A stretch of DNA of 64,000 bases from Asterionella formosa. Its lineage: Eukaryota. The DNA is taken from the NCBI GenBank assembly GCA_002256025.1, contig NKIB01012851.1:1-64000 (forward strand), in the 5' to 3' direction. The notes under the pieces are model-generated. The model saw only the letters and a program-made list of their open reading frames with translations. It searched no databases and was not told the origin of the DNA. The translations under genes and the position numbers were made by a program. Each line of letters starts with the position of its first letter. The first letter of the stretch is position 1. Positions 63,374-64,000 of this stretch are shown here, piece by piece.

Positions 63374-63537
63374 AGCGTCATATATACTAGGTTTGCTATC
63401 AGCGACGACAAGAAAACAGAATTATTAATAATGACAGTATTACAGGATATCGGCTATGCAAATGTCGAATTAGCAGCGTCTGAAGCTTTTAGTCAATTAA
63501 TTTTGTTCACCCACTATTACGTCCCAATATCACACAA

Positions 63538-64000
63538 CTAAACCGGTAACATGTCATGGACACACGAAGGAATTTCTGTTGTTGGTGATGGTTCTAACCA
63601 AGGGAGATCTTTAGGTCGAGTGTTTTCCATCAGTTGTTGTTCTCTCGCCAACCGTTGTGGAATCGAGTACCCCACGACTCGATCGTAATTTGCAAAGATT
63701 GGGTCAATAGGAAATATCCAAGTATGGTACCCCCCAATCCCAAAGACATCGATAAGAGGAATGGGTTCTTCGTCTGAACTCGACATTGTATTAGTAGCTT
63801 TTTTCTTGAGGCGGTCAATCGTGCCAATGCCAGTCATGATACCATACGTGACATTCATTAACATGCTGGATGTAAATAGAAATGCACCTACACATAAAAT
63901 TGTCATGATTCTCACAAGATGTACAACAATAGGGTGAAAAATACAGAGTTCATTTGAACACAAGAAGTAATTCCAACCAAACAGACACAACGAATAGGCG
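63538..64000 (-). CDS. 3' part of a DHHC-type protein S-acyltransferase (continues beyond the window)
   Basis: TM helices followed by GIGTIDRLKK (TTxE-like) and VFG....WIFP (PaCCT-like); the DHHC motif itself lies outside the window. Confidence 0.65.
   Translation of the reverse strand, partial: AYSLCLFGWNYFLCSNELCIFHPIVVHLVRIMTILCVGAFLFTSSMLMNVTYGIMTGIGTIDRLKKKATNTMSSSDEEPIPLIDVFGIGGYHTWIFPIDPIFANYDRVVGYSIPQRLAREQQLMENTRPKDLPWLEPSPTTEIPSCVHDMLPV

Overview
Eukaryotic nuclear DNA, most likely from a diatom or related photosynthetic stramenopile. Evidence: short GT-AG introns, a bipartite plastid-targeting presequence on DXS, and a stramenopile-type MRISKK transcription-factor-like domain. Gene islands contain DXS, a PhoX-type phosphatase, a ShK/DOMON/phytocyanin-like surface protein, SURF1, GCVT, XAP5, a complex I ESSS subunit, an EST1/SMG7-like protein, a CPBP protease, a STAND ATPase, PGAP1, a YAK1-like kinase and a partial DHHC gene. 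These alternate with AT-rich, CpG-poor blocks of decayed Harbinger, pogo-like and mariner transposons, MITEs and a four-copy tRNA-derived SINE family. Best leads: (1) a 121-aa stand-alone HEPN/DUF4145-like protein with both an N-myristoylation motif and a CaaX box; (2) pervasive TA-CC(N)GG-TA motifs that paralog comparisons show to be small insertions at TA sites, consistent with accumulated transposon excision footprints in promoters; (3) a SINE with two B boxes and an internal T-run; (4) a TTAA-flanked GG...CC element family with long internal palindromes. All family calls come from motif recognition by eye; no database searches were run.
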